64,000 nucleotides of DNA from Felis catus (Eukaryota). The stretch covers positions 3,844,001-3,908,000 of the forward strand of contig NC_058382.1 of the NCBI RefSeq assembly GCF_018350175.1, read 5' to 3'. Positions 1 through 12,500 of this stretch are shown one piece after another. The first letter of the stretch is position 1; every line of letters starts with the position of its first letter. Both the position numbers and the translations under genes were made by a program. The notes beneath the pieces are model-generated. The model saw only the letters and a list, made by a program, of their open reading frames with translations. It made no database searches and had not been told where the DNA came from.

Positions 1-11
1 GCCCGGGGTTG

Positions 12-165
12 NNNNNNNNNNNNNNNNNNNNNNNNNNNNNNNNNNNNNNNNNNNNNNNNNNNNNNNNNNNNNNNNNNNNNNNNNNNNNNNNNNNNNNNNN
101 NNNNNNNNNNNNNNNNNNNNNNNNNNNNNNNNNNNNNNNNNNNNNNNNNNNNNNNNNNNNNNNNN
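12..165. other. Assembly gap (N run)
   Basis: Run of N directly visible. The other gaps are 17059-17253, 29390-29611 and 43740-43943. Confidence 0.99.
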
Positions 166-1300
166 GGCCTATGATTGCTCCTGCGGCACGTCGCTCTTGC
201 CCCTCGGACGCGCTCTATTGGCTCTTGGCAGGGATGCAGCCGGCCCCCTCTTGCCGAATGGGCAAGCTCTCCAAGGCGCGGCGTTCGATTGGCCTCCCGC
301 GCAGACTGCTAGGATTGGCTCTGGTTTTCTTCCCCGCTCCTCCTCCTCCCCGCCTCAGGGCACAACACGCCAGCGCGAGGGCCCGTGCGTCAATCAAGAG
401 ACCATTGGCGTGCTGATTGGATACACCCGCCCCCCTCTCCTAAACTAATTGGTCGGGGGGAGGAGCTAGGCTGATCAGGGGCGGGAAGTCGTCCGTCAAG
501 TTTAGAGCCATTTTTAATTGGTTCTGAGGGGATATTCGACCCCGCAGCCATTGGTTGGCTCCGGAAGTAGGCGGGGAAAGCGGAGGAAGGCATGGAGCGT
601 GGGCGTTAAAGGCCGAGCACCTAATGAGAGAGAGACAGGTACCTTCAAGCAGGGGCCGAGCTGGAGCCGTCTGCCACTCAAAACAGCCCTGGGGCCACCG
701 GGGAGGAGCTGGGCAAGAGGGCCCACCCCCTTCCCCTCGTTGGCCCTGGCCGTTGCCATTCGCCCCAGCGTATCGTGCAACGCCGAGAGGGGGTTGGTAC
801 CCGCCCCTGAGGCGTGTGAAACGGGGCGTAGCAGGCAGCGTCGACTCCTGGACACATCCTTCCGCATCCCTTGTGTCCCAGCTGCGTCGTCTTCCTGCAA
901 GTGTCTGTTGGGCATATCTCTGAGTCTCTGTACGGTGAACGGAGGGAAGGAAGCAGTGGCCAGTGCCCCAAGTCACTGGCACCTCGCATACCCATGGCAG
1001 GGGCATGGCGTTTCTGTCCTGCCTCGGCCTAGTTGTGCGGTTACTGTGGGGCACTGTCCTCCGCAGCCCGCTTCCTCGGTGTTGTGGGTACGCTGCAGAA
1101 GGGACAGAGGGGGCTACCCCGTCCTCTCCCGCTCTCTGCTCTGCGCTCCAGCGGCGAAGACTTGCCGACCTCGCGTGCAGGATCCACTTTTGCACTTCTA
1201 CCGTCGTTTCCACGATAATTCCAGTTTGCCCTTCCGGGGTTTGCATTCGCAGAAGTACAGTGACTTGTTTGCTGAATGAATACGAAGGATGAAGTGTGGT
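166..1300 (-). promoter_or_regulatory. CpG-island promoter with CCAAT cluster; inferred CNOT3 promoter (gene continues off the left edge)
   Basis: CpG-rich. Eight ATTGG (CCAAT on minus) at 217, 288, 314, 404, 416, 448, 517 and 550, an ETS site CCGGAAGT at 561-568, and GC boxes. The gene identity rests only on synteny: CNOT3 follows PRPF31 on the same strand in human. Confidence 0.6.
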
Positions 1301-1399
1301 TGACGACTCGGTAGGCAGTGGTACCCGAACCACCCACGAGGTATTTGCTCCGGGTCACATAGTCAATACATAAAAAAGATAAACCCAAGGAAGATGCAA

Positions 1400-2110
1400 T
1401 TAAGAGCCGCATCTGAATCATCTGACAAGGGGAGATGACTAAAAATGCAGTGGTCTTAGGCCCACACGGACCTGAGGAGTGAAGCCTAGAGATCTGCGCT
1501 TTTACACACTTCCCTGGGTGATTCCCATGCTTACTGGGGTTTGAGAGTCATTCATCAAGAGCTTCGCTCTTCAAAGTGTGGCCCTTGGATGGAGCAGGGC
1601 CTCTCAGAGGTCTTGGGAACCATTTGAAGACTTGCTAAAATGCAGATTCTGGTTCAGGAGATCCCAGATTCTGGTTTTTGACAAGTTTCCACGTGATGCT
1701 GATGGTCCACACTTGGCACTTTTGAGTAGCAAGGATTCAGATCAGTGGTTCTCAAACTCAGCTGCAATTAGAATCACCTGGGTGGCTTGGAAAAAAAAAG
1801 CCAGACACTCAGGGCTTACCCTAAATGAATGAAATCTGAATTTTCGAGGATATGAACCAGATAGTAATTTTTAAATCTGCTCAGATGATTCCAACATGCA
1901 GCTAATCTAACAGAGAATTTTATGGAGCAGTGGGTTCTCAGTGACGTACCTGGACCAGCAGCATAAACATCACCTGGGAACTTATTAGAAATGCACATTT
2001 TTTAGCTCCCCCATAGACCAACTGAATCAGAAACTCTGGGCCCTGAAACCCTGGTTTTAACAAGCCATCCAGGTAATTCTCAAGCATGTTCAGTTTTGGG
2101 CATCTCTGTT
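1400..2110. mobile_element. Cluster of about four MER5A/MER5B-like hAT-Charlie MITE remnants
   Basis: Recurrent cagtggttctcaa termini and internal motifs (atcacctggg, tagaaatgca, ctgaatcagaaactctggg, ttttaacaagc..ccaggt) resembling the MER5A consensus. Boundaries are approximate. Confidence 0.7.
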
Positions 2111-3298
2111 CTAAGACTATGCAGGACTGCTGCACCAGGTGATGCCGATTCTTTCTTGACTCTGGTCACGGAGGTGGAGGCTCTGAAGAGGGCGGGCAGA
2201 GCGCCCTCCCCCGGGCAGACCCATCAGCAGAGATCAGCAAAGGCTGTCACTTCTAAACAAGGCTCATCTAAAGACTCCAGGATAAACGTGGGGACACAGC
2301 TAAGCGACCTAGGTAATTTGGCCAGCCACTAGAAGGATCCCCCGGGGTGATGTAGACTCTGATGTGAGAGAGGAGACTCAGAGAGCTGCTAAGGTCCACA
2401 GACTGAGCCCTGAACTGAGACACACTTAGAACAAGTGTGATGGGGGGCGGCCCAGAGAGAGGAACAGGAAGGGAGATCTCAGCTAGGACCCAGCCGGCTA
2501 GAGCCCCAGGGAGAGAGCGAGAGATGGAGGGGGGAAGGTGGGCACAGGTGCAGGGCGGGCTGTGCACCCACCTCCTGGGTAACTAAGAGGGGCACTGCCC
2601 TCACGCGTCAGTGACCAGGCTCTGGCACTCTGTGGAGCCCGGCTCCAGAGCACAGCAAACGGCCCCCGTGTGGGGCTCTTCCTGAATTAGCTCTTGCAGG
2701 GTAGCTCCTGGGACTGCTTCTGCTGCCAGCGTTGTCCCCACCTGCCTATAGGCCACGTGCCCCTCAGCCAAAGTGAAGGAGACCTTGGCTGAGCCCCGGT
2801 TCCAAGACAGCCTGGGGGCTCCACTTGCTGAGCTGGCAGGAACTCTGACAGCACTGAGTCCCTGCCAGCAGGGAGCCTGTGTGCTCGGTCCCATCGGGGC
2901 TTGGCTCACCACACCACACACTGGACCCTGACAGGAAGCCTAACACCGAGCAGGTCCTGGGCGTCCTTCGCGTCCTCACGAGGGACCTGTGGCATGGAGG
3001 CCTGCACACCTGAGACCCCACAGCCACCCCGGCTGGCCTGTTTTCAGGGCTGGGGCTTTGGGCAGCCATATCACTTGGGAGCATCAAAACAATGGACGTT
3101 CTCCAAGTGGTCTGGAGACGGAGAGGGCTCTGCTCTTCCTGGAATCCAGGACAGGGAAGCAAAGGGCCAGGGTGGGGCCCAGACACCACCTGGATCGGGA
3201 GCCCCAGCTTTGTCCCCCAAGCCCCACAGCGGACTCCCCCAGTCGTGCAGGTGTTTGACAAATGATCACTCCCCAGGAACAGAACCTGATAATGTGCT

Positions 3299-3304
3299 TT
3301 TAAT
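3299..3304 (-). terminator. PRPF31: Probable PRPF31 polyadenylation signal ATTAAA
   Basis: tttaat on plus, about 240 nt past the stop codon. Confidence 0.6.
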
Positions 3305-3543
3305 TGCACTTTTTCCAAAAGTATCTCCCTTTCTAGGTAAAAAAGATGAAGCGTGATGAAGACTGGCTCTATCCCCCAAGATGGGGAGGCCGTCTTGGCG
3401 CTCAGGGGGCCGGCTCCTCCCATGCCTCCTCGGACAGTCCTGGCACGGGGCTGCTGAGGGACACTCCCAGCCCGATCCTGACCCGGGTCCCTTCAGAAGG
3501 GCAGGGCCCGTAGCTTCAGGGGCAGCCACCTGGGTACAGTCCC

Positions 3544-6500
3544 TCAGGTGGACATGATGCCGCTCTTCTCGCCCTTGACCTTGAGGAACTCGGCCATGCT
3601 GGAGAAATACTTCTGGTTGGCCTCGGCCACCTTCTTCTCGGCTGCTTGCGGGTTCACAATCTCCAGGCCCTGGGCAGGCGGGGGAGGTGACGATGGGGTG
3701 GGGAGCTGGGCTGGCCGCTGACAGGTTCCCCCCCACCCCGCCTCCCGGCCCAGTGAGAGGATCATGAAATGTCAGGGAGCCCTTCTCAACGGTCCTGGGG
3801 CTCCAGGTGATGAGGACAGTTTGCCAGTCACCAAACTGCCCCCGCCCCAAAGGAGGACCTGGGCATCTGAATATTTAACAGGTCCTCCAGGTGATTTTAA
3901 AAACACAGTTTCAGAACAGCCAACCCGGTTTGGTTCCTGAGTAAGGAAACTGAGTCACAGAGTGAAGCGGCTCCCCTGCCGCCATGGTGCGAATCACACC
4001 AACCCCGGTAGGGACAGTGACCCGCGCTGGGGGCCCCACAGTGGCTGGCACTTTTCCCAGCATCCTCCACACGGTAATCCTCACCTTGCGGCTGAGGCCT
4101 CCCTGGTGGCCTCCAACTTGACCCCTCGCCCCCTCTTCTCCATGCACTTTCCACTTTCCGACAGGCTGTGTATCTTACCTACCTGACCTGCCACCCCATA
4201 AGGTCCACAAAGGCAAGGCTTACTGCCTGGTGTCTGTGGTTTTACCCCCGGCCCTTCCAACGGTGCAGGGGACTTAGGTGCTCAGCAGACCCTTGCTGAC
4301 AGAGGAAAGCTGTTCTGTTCGATGCCGTGGGACACACCAGCCCTCTTTTGTGGGCGCGTAAGCCAAGGAAGGGACGGACGCAGTGGCTCCATCCTGTGCA
4401 CTGGCCGGGCTGGGACCTCACCCTCCCAGCCAGCTATGAACCTTCTTAGGAGGGCCTGCGGTTGTCCCAACCACCCAGCACCTCAAGGAGGGGCTGAGCC
4501 CGCTCGAGGTCACAGGGTCGCCCACAGCCTGAGTCTAAAGCCAGCCTGGGCTTGCTGGCAGGACCGTGTCCCTTCTGTCCCTGCTAACTTGAGCACCGGG
4601 GGGCCATGCCCTCCAGGGGCTTCACTGATGCCCCGTCCACACCAGCCCCGTGAGGAGCTCGATCGTGTGCCTGTCTCACAGGAGAAGAGGCTGAAGCCCA
4701 GGGCTGCTGGGAAAGCTGGGAGTGGAGCCGCCTGACTCCGGTGTCCAGTACCTGGAGTGGGGTGAAGGCCACACTGGAGGCTGTCCCTGAGGAACGGTCG
4801 CGGATGGTGGACTTCCCTCCGTACACCACACTCTGCTTCTGCAGTGTCCGCTGTGGGGAGGTGGGGGCAGGGGACGTCTGGGCTTGCCCCGGACTTGCCC
4901 ACCGGTGCCCCCTCACCCCTGGACCCGCCCAGGCCTGGTCTGTACCTGCAGTGTCTTGGAGATCCTGGCTTTGGTGGCCTCGTTCACCTGTGTCTGCCGT
5001 ACCCGCCCGCTGCCTGATTTGCCCAGATGGCCCAGGCTGAAGCCCAGGTCCTCCTGGTAGGCGTCCTCCTCGATCTGGTGGGAGGAGAAGGCATCCCGGA
5101 GTTAGCCATCCCCCGTCAGCTAGACACCCAGGCATTCACCTGATTCAGGTGCCTGCGGGGCCAAGATGACCCCCGAGAGGGGCCGTGTGTGCACGCACAC
5201 GCGCGTGCACCACGTCAACAACTGAAGCCGGGCTCGCAGACCAAAGGACACTCGAGCTAGTTCTTGCAGGACCAGCAGGGCGATGCTCAGAGAAGAGAGT
5301 GGCAGAGGTGAAGCCAGGGGAAGGACATGTACGGAAGGGCGGGGGGCAGGGGGGGGTAGGGCCGGCACAGAGTGCTGTGTAGGGGTGCATGGATGTGGGG
5401 GAGAGACTGGAGGTGGGCGTAGTGCCCCAGCAGAGAGGAGAAACGTGGCAGGGGACAGAGGGACAGCACTTGTGACAAAGACGACCCCTGAGGCCCCGCA
5501 GTGGGAAAGGGCGAAGTGTCTGGGTCAGGGTTCTGACCTCTCCAAAGCTCATGCGGTTGGCCTGCTTCCGGATCTCGGTCAGCCCCAGCCGCTCCTTCAT
5601 CTTGCGGTACCTGGGGATGGGCACCAGGGGTCAGCTGGGGGGTGAGCCCCTTCCTTTGCCCTCCCCCTGACCCCAGGCCTCGGGACCCACCTGCGGCCGC
5701 CTCGCTTCTTGCGCTGCCCGTCCAGGGGCGCAGGCAGCGGCTTTACCTGCTTCACAGGGGGTGGCTCCTGCCACTTGTCAAACTTCCGCTCGATCTCGTC
5801 CTTCAGCTCGTAGCCCACCTGGGGAGGGCGCGAGGGTCCCATCAGGGCCTGGGGGACCCGTCCGCTCTCGGGCCCAGACTCCTCACTGCACTACACACAC
5901 AACTGTCTCCTCGATGGGGGTGCAGGCAGCCCCTCAAATGCAACACAGCCAACCCCAGGCCCGCGCCTCCTCCCCAGCCTTTGGCCCCAGCCTCTGCAAG
6001 TGGGGTCACCTGGGAGCCTCACCTCCGTGCTTTCTCTCCCAGCAAGCTCTTCCTTCAGAGAGACCCCAAATGCCACCCCCCTCCAGCACCTCTGCCGCAG
6101 CGAGGTCTCTGCAGGACCCACCCCGCCCCACCGCCAGGCTGGGGCCTGCGCACTGGCCGCTCCCTCCTCTTGGGTCTCTTCCCCCAGGCACTCACGGGAG
6201 CTGCTTGCTAGCGTGACCCAGGTGTACGTGCGTTACACCTTCACCTCTTCAGAGAAGCCCCCCGCCCCCGACATCCTGGTTAAACAGCGCCCACCTCCCC
6301 CACCAGCCCGGCACCCTTTGACCCCTACTCAGCAGTGACACGGCACCCCTGGACACAACACAGATGTCCCTGGCCCCCTCGCCCTGCCCCCAACCAGAAC
6401 GTGCATGCGCACACAGGGCTTTGGTCTGAGCGGCTCACTGCGGTACCCCCAGCATCTCGACCAGCGGTTGAGAGGAAGAGAGAAAGGAGGGAGATCACAA

Positions 6501-9500
6501 CCCTGAACGCTGTGCCAGGCTGGGTGTCTGGACGCCAGTGCACAAGACACAAAACACATCCCCTTTCACAGAGCGGGTCTGCTGAGGAACACAGAGGCGA
6601 ACTGAATGACGGTCTGGATGGTGACAGGTCCCGGTGCAGCAGGCAAAACCGCCCCACCAGGGTGTCCACATCCTTGTCTCCGCTCCGGATGGAACTTTGT
6701 GGGTGTGATCACGTGAGAGATGTGAAGACGGGAGACGATCTAGATGGCCAGCGTGGGCCCCACGTCATCACCGCTTCCTTAAAGGAGTCAGAGGAGGACC
6801 CGTGGAGACAGGCCTCGAGTCAGGGAGAGACAGAAGACGCCACGCTGCCAGCAGTGTGGACGGAGGAGGGCTGCGAGCCCCGGGCAGCAGGCGCCTCCAG
6901 AAGCTGGGAAAGGCAGGGGGCGGATCCTCCCCAAGAGCCTCCAGAGGGAACACTGTGCCAGCACCTGGATCTCAGCACAGCGGGACCCTCGGCGGACTTC
7001 TGACCCACAGGGCTGGACGACGACACTAATACACGACACACCCCCCTCCACACACTTAGAACAGTGCTCGTGTGTGCTGGGTCCCCTGATGGTGCCTCCC
7101 CACCAGGACACAGGACACACCACAGACCCACACAGACGCCCGCCTGTGCCTCACCTTCCCCTCTGTGCTCTCGTGGAAACTGTCCACGCGGGCTGCCAGC
7201 GTGCACTTGGCGGCCACCAGCCGGGCCGCTTTCCGTCGGAGATCCTGGAGCGGCAGGAAGGGGCAGCGTCAGTGAGAGAATTCGTTTGAGAGCCCTGAGC
7301 ATTTCAGAAACCACAGGCACCAGGGCTCACCCTCTGCCCACCAGCACTTCACCGTCCCTGCCACGCGTTACTGTGAAAACCTGTAATAATGTGTTACCAC
7401 AACAAACTATCATCATTGCTGGGGCGCCTGGGTGGCGCAGTCGGTTAAGCGTCCGACTTCAGCCAGGTCACGATCTCGCGGTCCGTGAGTTCGAGCCCCG
7501 CGTCGGGCTCTGGGCTGATGGCTCGGAGCCTGGAGCCTGTTTCCGATTCTGTGTCTCCCTGTCTCTCTGCCCCTCCCCCGTTCATGCTCTGTCTCTGTCC
7601 CAAAAATAAATAAACGTTGAAAAAAAAAAAAAAAAAAAAAAAAACTCTCATCGTTGCTGTTTTCTTTCAGCCCACTTTTCAAAAACTTGAGCCCCTTTGC
7701 ACAGACATCTATGTTACTGCAGTGGAAGACTGTCACACACTAAAAAGAAAGTGATTGCAATAGAACACATGCATCTGTGCATCAGAAAATTGTGTCCTGT
7801 GCCACGAAAGGCAGGTGGCCCACGATCTGAGATGCACCAAGATGGCGCACGTAAGCCCACAGCCACGTCCCGATGAATAACGATAACAACGTTGGCAGTG
7901 GCCTAAGAGTTCCGGCCTGGCCCTCAGCTCTGGGAGGTAACCTTTGTGGGCCTGGGACCTTGGACAAGGCAGAGACCAACCATGTGAGACGCTCAGGGGG
8001 GTGTCTGGGTTACAGGATCTCAGTCGACCTGGAACCCAGATCAGCCACCTGGGCTACCCAGTCAGGTCTACACAACTCAACCCCAGAGAAGACTCCCAAC
8101 TTGGAGACTCAGTGGGGCTTCCCTGGTGGCGGTTCCCCCGCACGCTGTCACGTGTGGAGGCCGGGAGCGACGTGGGCAACGGGGAGAGGAGGTCTGGAAG
8201 TGCCGTGGCTGCTACTTCTGGCTCCGACCCCACCCACTTCCTCCCTTGGCTGCTGGGAGTCTGTCCTTTCGTGACAAACCACAATTCAAGTGCGTCAGCT
8301 CAGTGAGTCTGTACCTCCCTCTAGTGGGTTATTGAAGCTGGGGGTGGTTTGGGGACCCCTGCACCTCACAAGCTAATGCTTATGTTGCTTCTTATGTGCA
8401 AGCGTGACCTGAAAGTGTTGCATACATAAGAGTCCTCATCACAACCCTGGGAAGCAGGTTCTATCCCCCCCATTTTACAGACAGGGAGACTGAGACACAG
8501 AGCTCACATCTCTTGCCCCGTCGTTAATCCCAAGCCCAGCACATCTGCTCCAGGGCCCTTGTTCTTACGCTCCATGTGACCCTGTCGACCGAGCTCCTGA
8601 CCACTGTTGTCAGCTGTGACCAGTGGGAACCGGGGAGCAGAGGGGCAAGTTGCTGAGGCTCACACTGCCCCCCGGACAAGGCTGCTTCTGCCACAGCAGA
8701 AGATTCCACGGGGACCACGTGTCGGGGCGGCTCACCGGGGGCAGAGACTGCACGATGTCGCTGTGGTAGATGTAGCCAGTGTGGGGCAGCACAGAGGTGG
8801 ACGAGAAGCCAGACAGCGTCTTGCGCTGGGCCCCAAGCAGCATGATGTTGCAGGCGGGCATCTTGGAGAGGTTGGTCAGGCCCCCAGCCACCCCTGCGGC
8901 AGGAGAGAGGGAGGGAGGAGGTCAAAGGAAACACGGCACTTGTTTGGGGGCTCACCGCACACTTAGCGCCTTAACCTGAGCGTCTGGTTGAGTTCCCGAG
9001 CTGGCCCTGCTAGGGAGGGCTGATGGGTCCCGCTTCGGAGGGAGGACTCAGAGGAGGCCCAGAGAGGTGAAACCACCTGCCTGAGGGTGCACAGTGCGGA
9101 GGCGGCCCAACGGGAGCCCCCAGAGTCTACAGAGCTGCACAGCCCCTGCTCTGTGTTAGAACAGCGGCCACCAGGCTGGGGACGCTCTGATGACGGGGCC
9201 TGGTATCAGTCACCCCTGGGCTCCCGTGGGCTTGTCTCCAGGCCCAGCGCAGAGAAGCTGCAGATAAAAACGTTTACCTTTCACGGGGGACTGCTGTGTG
9301 CCAGGCTCCGCACTAGGTGTCTTTAAGGATTAGGTAAGCGATCAAGGCATGGTAACTCGCAAGTGAGCAGAGCGCCCCCCGCCCAGAAGCTGACATCAGA
9401 GTCCCCAGAACCTTCGTGCTGCCTTATAGGACCGAAGGGACTTTGCAGACACAGTTAAGGACTTTGAGAGGGGCGGGAGGGAGGGGAGGATTCTATGAAG

Positions 9501-12500
9501 CACAAGGGTCCTTGTAAGCTGAAGGGAGAGGCAGAGAGTCACAGGGATGGGAGACAGGAGACTTTACATGGGGAAAACCCGGAGCCAAGGGTGCAGGCAG
9601 CCTCTGGAGGCCAGGAAAGGCCCGGAAGCGGACTCCTTCCACTCCTTCCTCCTAGAACCTCCATAAAGCAATGCAGAAGCCGGCCGACACCTTGATTTCA
9701 GCCCGGAAGTCACAGGCAAGTGGCACACCGTCAATCACCACTGGGGAAACTGAGGCACGTGAAGATGGGAGGTCAGTGAGGGGGAGGCAGGATCCACACC
9801 TGAGGTGATCTCGCCCCAAAACCACCACAGCCCCGCACACACCTGCCACTCCAGGCTGCGCTAGGAGCTGAACCGTCTCCCCCCAAATTCCTGTGTCGAA
9901 GCCCCACGCCCACGACCTCAGAATGTGGCTGTGTTTGGAGACGAGGCCACGAAAGAGGGGATTCAGGGGGAATGACATCACTGGATGGGCCCTGACCCAG
10001 CACGACCGGTGTCCCCACAAGAAGAGAGGACAACACAGACGCGCAGAGGAGAGGCCAGTTGGGCAGACGGCCCCCTGCAAGCCGAGAACCCAGCCTGCCA
10101 ACACGCTGCTCCCGCCTTCTGGCCTCCCAGCCTCCAGGACCCCGTGACAACGAACCTTGGTTTTTAAGGCCCCCACTGCCTGCCGCCCCCGCCTGTGCTA
10201 CTTTGTTATGGCAGCCGAGCAACCTAGCACACAGCTGCTCCACCCAGGTCCCCAGAGAGCCCCTCAGCTGAAGGGGCTAGGAGCCTGAGGGGGCGCCTGC
10301 TCGGAGACCGCAGGGAGTCTGAGGAGGCCCACCCTTCAGTCCCAACCCGTCATCAGGACTGCTGTCCCCATCTCATGGATGAAACCGTGGTCCTGATGGC
10401 TCACACCGCCTATGCTGGGCAGCCCAGGGGTCTGTGCGGAGCCGGGAGCTGCCGGGACGTGCTGGCCGAGCAGTGCTGGGGTCCCCAGCAGCCACACCAC
10501 CTCCTCCGGGCTGGTCAGGCCAGCCCTCCTCAGGGCCACCATTCTTTCTGCGGGTCTGCAGGACAAGCAGGCTGGCCGACCTCTGTGATCTCCAGGAGGG
10601 ATGACAGGGAGAGAACAGGGCACTGGGGCCCTGGGCCAGATGCCCCGTTTCATACACGAGGGGTGTGGCTTCTCCATGATCACACTGTCCAAGGTCGGCC
10701 CTTTGCCCCCACTCTGCCCCAGGACCTCACCCATGATCTTTGCGGCTGTGGACGCCCCGATGATGATGGAGAGGTTGGGCGCGATGAAGGACATCCGAGA
10801 CTCCACGTACTCGTAGATGCGGTGCTTGGAGGCGTTTAGCTCCAGTGCCATGTCACAGGCCTCCTCGAGCCGCTCCAGCTCCTCCTCCGACAGCTGCTGC
10901 CTGTGGTGGTTCGGGACTTAGGGATGTGGCTGGGACGGACCCGGCCCCTCCTGGGTACCCTACCTGACGGGCACGGGAGCCCTGTCCTTCTGGCTGTGTG
11001 CTCATGCGCACACGCACGTGTGTGCACACGTGCACATGTACGCATAGCGTATATGCATGCACGCACGTTTGCACCTATACACGTGTAGCCACAGCATATA
11101 TGCATGCGTGCACATGTGCACATATATACATGCACGCACGCATATATGGGTGCACACGTACATGCGTAGGTATGACATGTATGCATGCACGTACGTGCGC
11201 GCGCATACACATGTAGGCACAGCATATACACGCGCACGCACACGTGTGCACATGTACACACAGCATATATGCATGCATGCACATTGTGCACATATACATG
11301 TGTAGGTGCAGCATATGTATGTGCACGCACACGTGCACATATACGCACATAGACACAGCACATACACGTGCATGCACGCATGTGTACATATACGTGTGTG
11401 GGTATGGCATATGTGCACACACGTGTGTGTGCACATATACATGCGTAGGCACAACATATATGTGTGGATGCATGTGTGCGGCCTCAGGGCTACTGTAAGT
11501 GCTATTAGCCTGGAAGCGAGGGCTGCTGGGAATCCTAGGTTTTCAGTCAGCACCGCTTGTCAGCCTGGGCCGGGCCCTTGCCCACGTGCCCCGGCCGGCC
11601 CCTCCTCATCCTCCAGGCCTCAGCCTCGCCGAGCACCAAGGTTCCTGCCCTGCTGCTTCCCTCGGGCACCATCACCAGCTGCGATCCACCGAGCCTCCCG
11701 TCCACCTCTGGCGCTAGACAGCAGCCCCCCCAAGGGCACCCCACCCCAGATTCTCAGCAGCGTGCCCAGCACACCCTGGCACACGGAAGGTGCTGAGCTA
11801 GTATTTGCTGAAGGAAACCACAAAGGTGGGCTGTCATCACTGTCACTTTACAGAGGGGACCCAAGGGCAGGACGGCGAAGGGACCCGGCGGCCACAGAGC
11901 TGCGAGCCGGCAACCAAACCGGGCCATACCCCTCCCTCCCTCAGTTGCCCTGTCGCGCTTATGGCGCACAGACAAGGGACCATGGAGCCCGCCCTAGGCC
12001 CCTACAATCAAAGCCCAGTGGGCTGAGGGTCAAGGCTGCTCCCCCCAGTGGCGAGCTAAGAGCCCAGCGTTCTCCCACTAGAGACCCTGGCCCCTGCATG
12101 AGGCTGAGTCATCACCTCCTCCAGGAAGCCACCTGCCCCAGTCTGGAGAGGTGCCCCTCCTCTTGCGCCCCAGGCCACTCGGCACCTGTCTGCACTCTGA
12201 CACTCGCCCTCCAGCCTGTGACCTGCATGTACACCTGCCTCTCCCCAGACAGGAGCTGCTTTGCTGAGTTCTCTATCTCTGTCCTCAGAACAGTGCCTGG
12301 TGCTCGGTCAGCATTTATTCAGTCAAAAGAAGTGCAGCCCGAGGGAGGTCTCCACGCCACAGGGCTGTTCTGGAGCCAAGGACACGTCCTTCTCTTAGAC
12401 ACGGCACGGATGCCACAGGGGCAGGCGGGCACCAAGGGCCCCAAACCAGGTCCCTGCCTTTACGGACACCTTCATCCCAGCGAGGGGGAACGTGCCCGAG

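Noticed and set aside
9-416. ORFs spanning N runs (also near 16804-17617, 29358-29719 and 43573-44033)
   Set aside because: They are open only because N codons hide stops.
518-1279. 253-aa ORF and overlapping 297-aa minus ORF
   Set aside because: Stop-poor GC-rich CpG-island sequence with no recognisable protein.
7421-7500. tRNA-like A/B-box sequences at many sites
   Set aside because: These are heads of tRNA-derived CAN-SINEs, followed by CT bodies and A tails; they are not tRNA genes.
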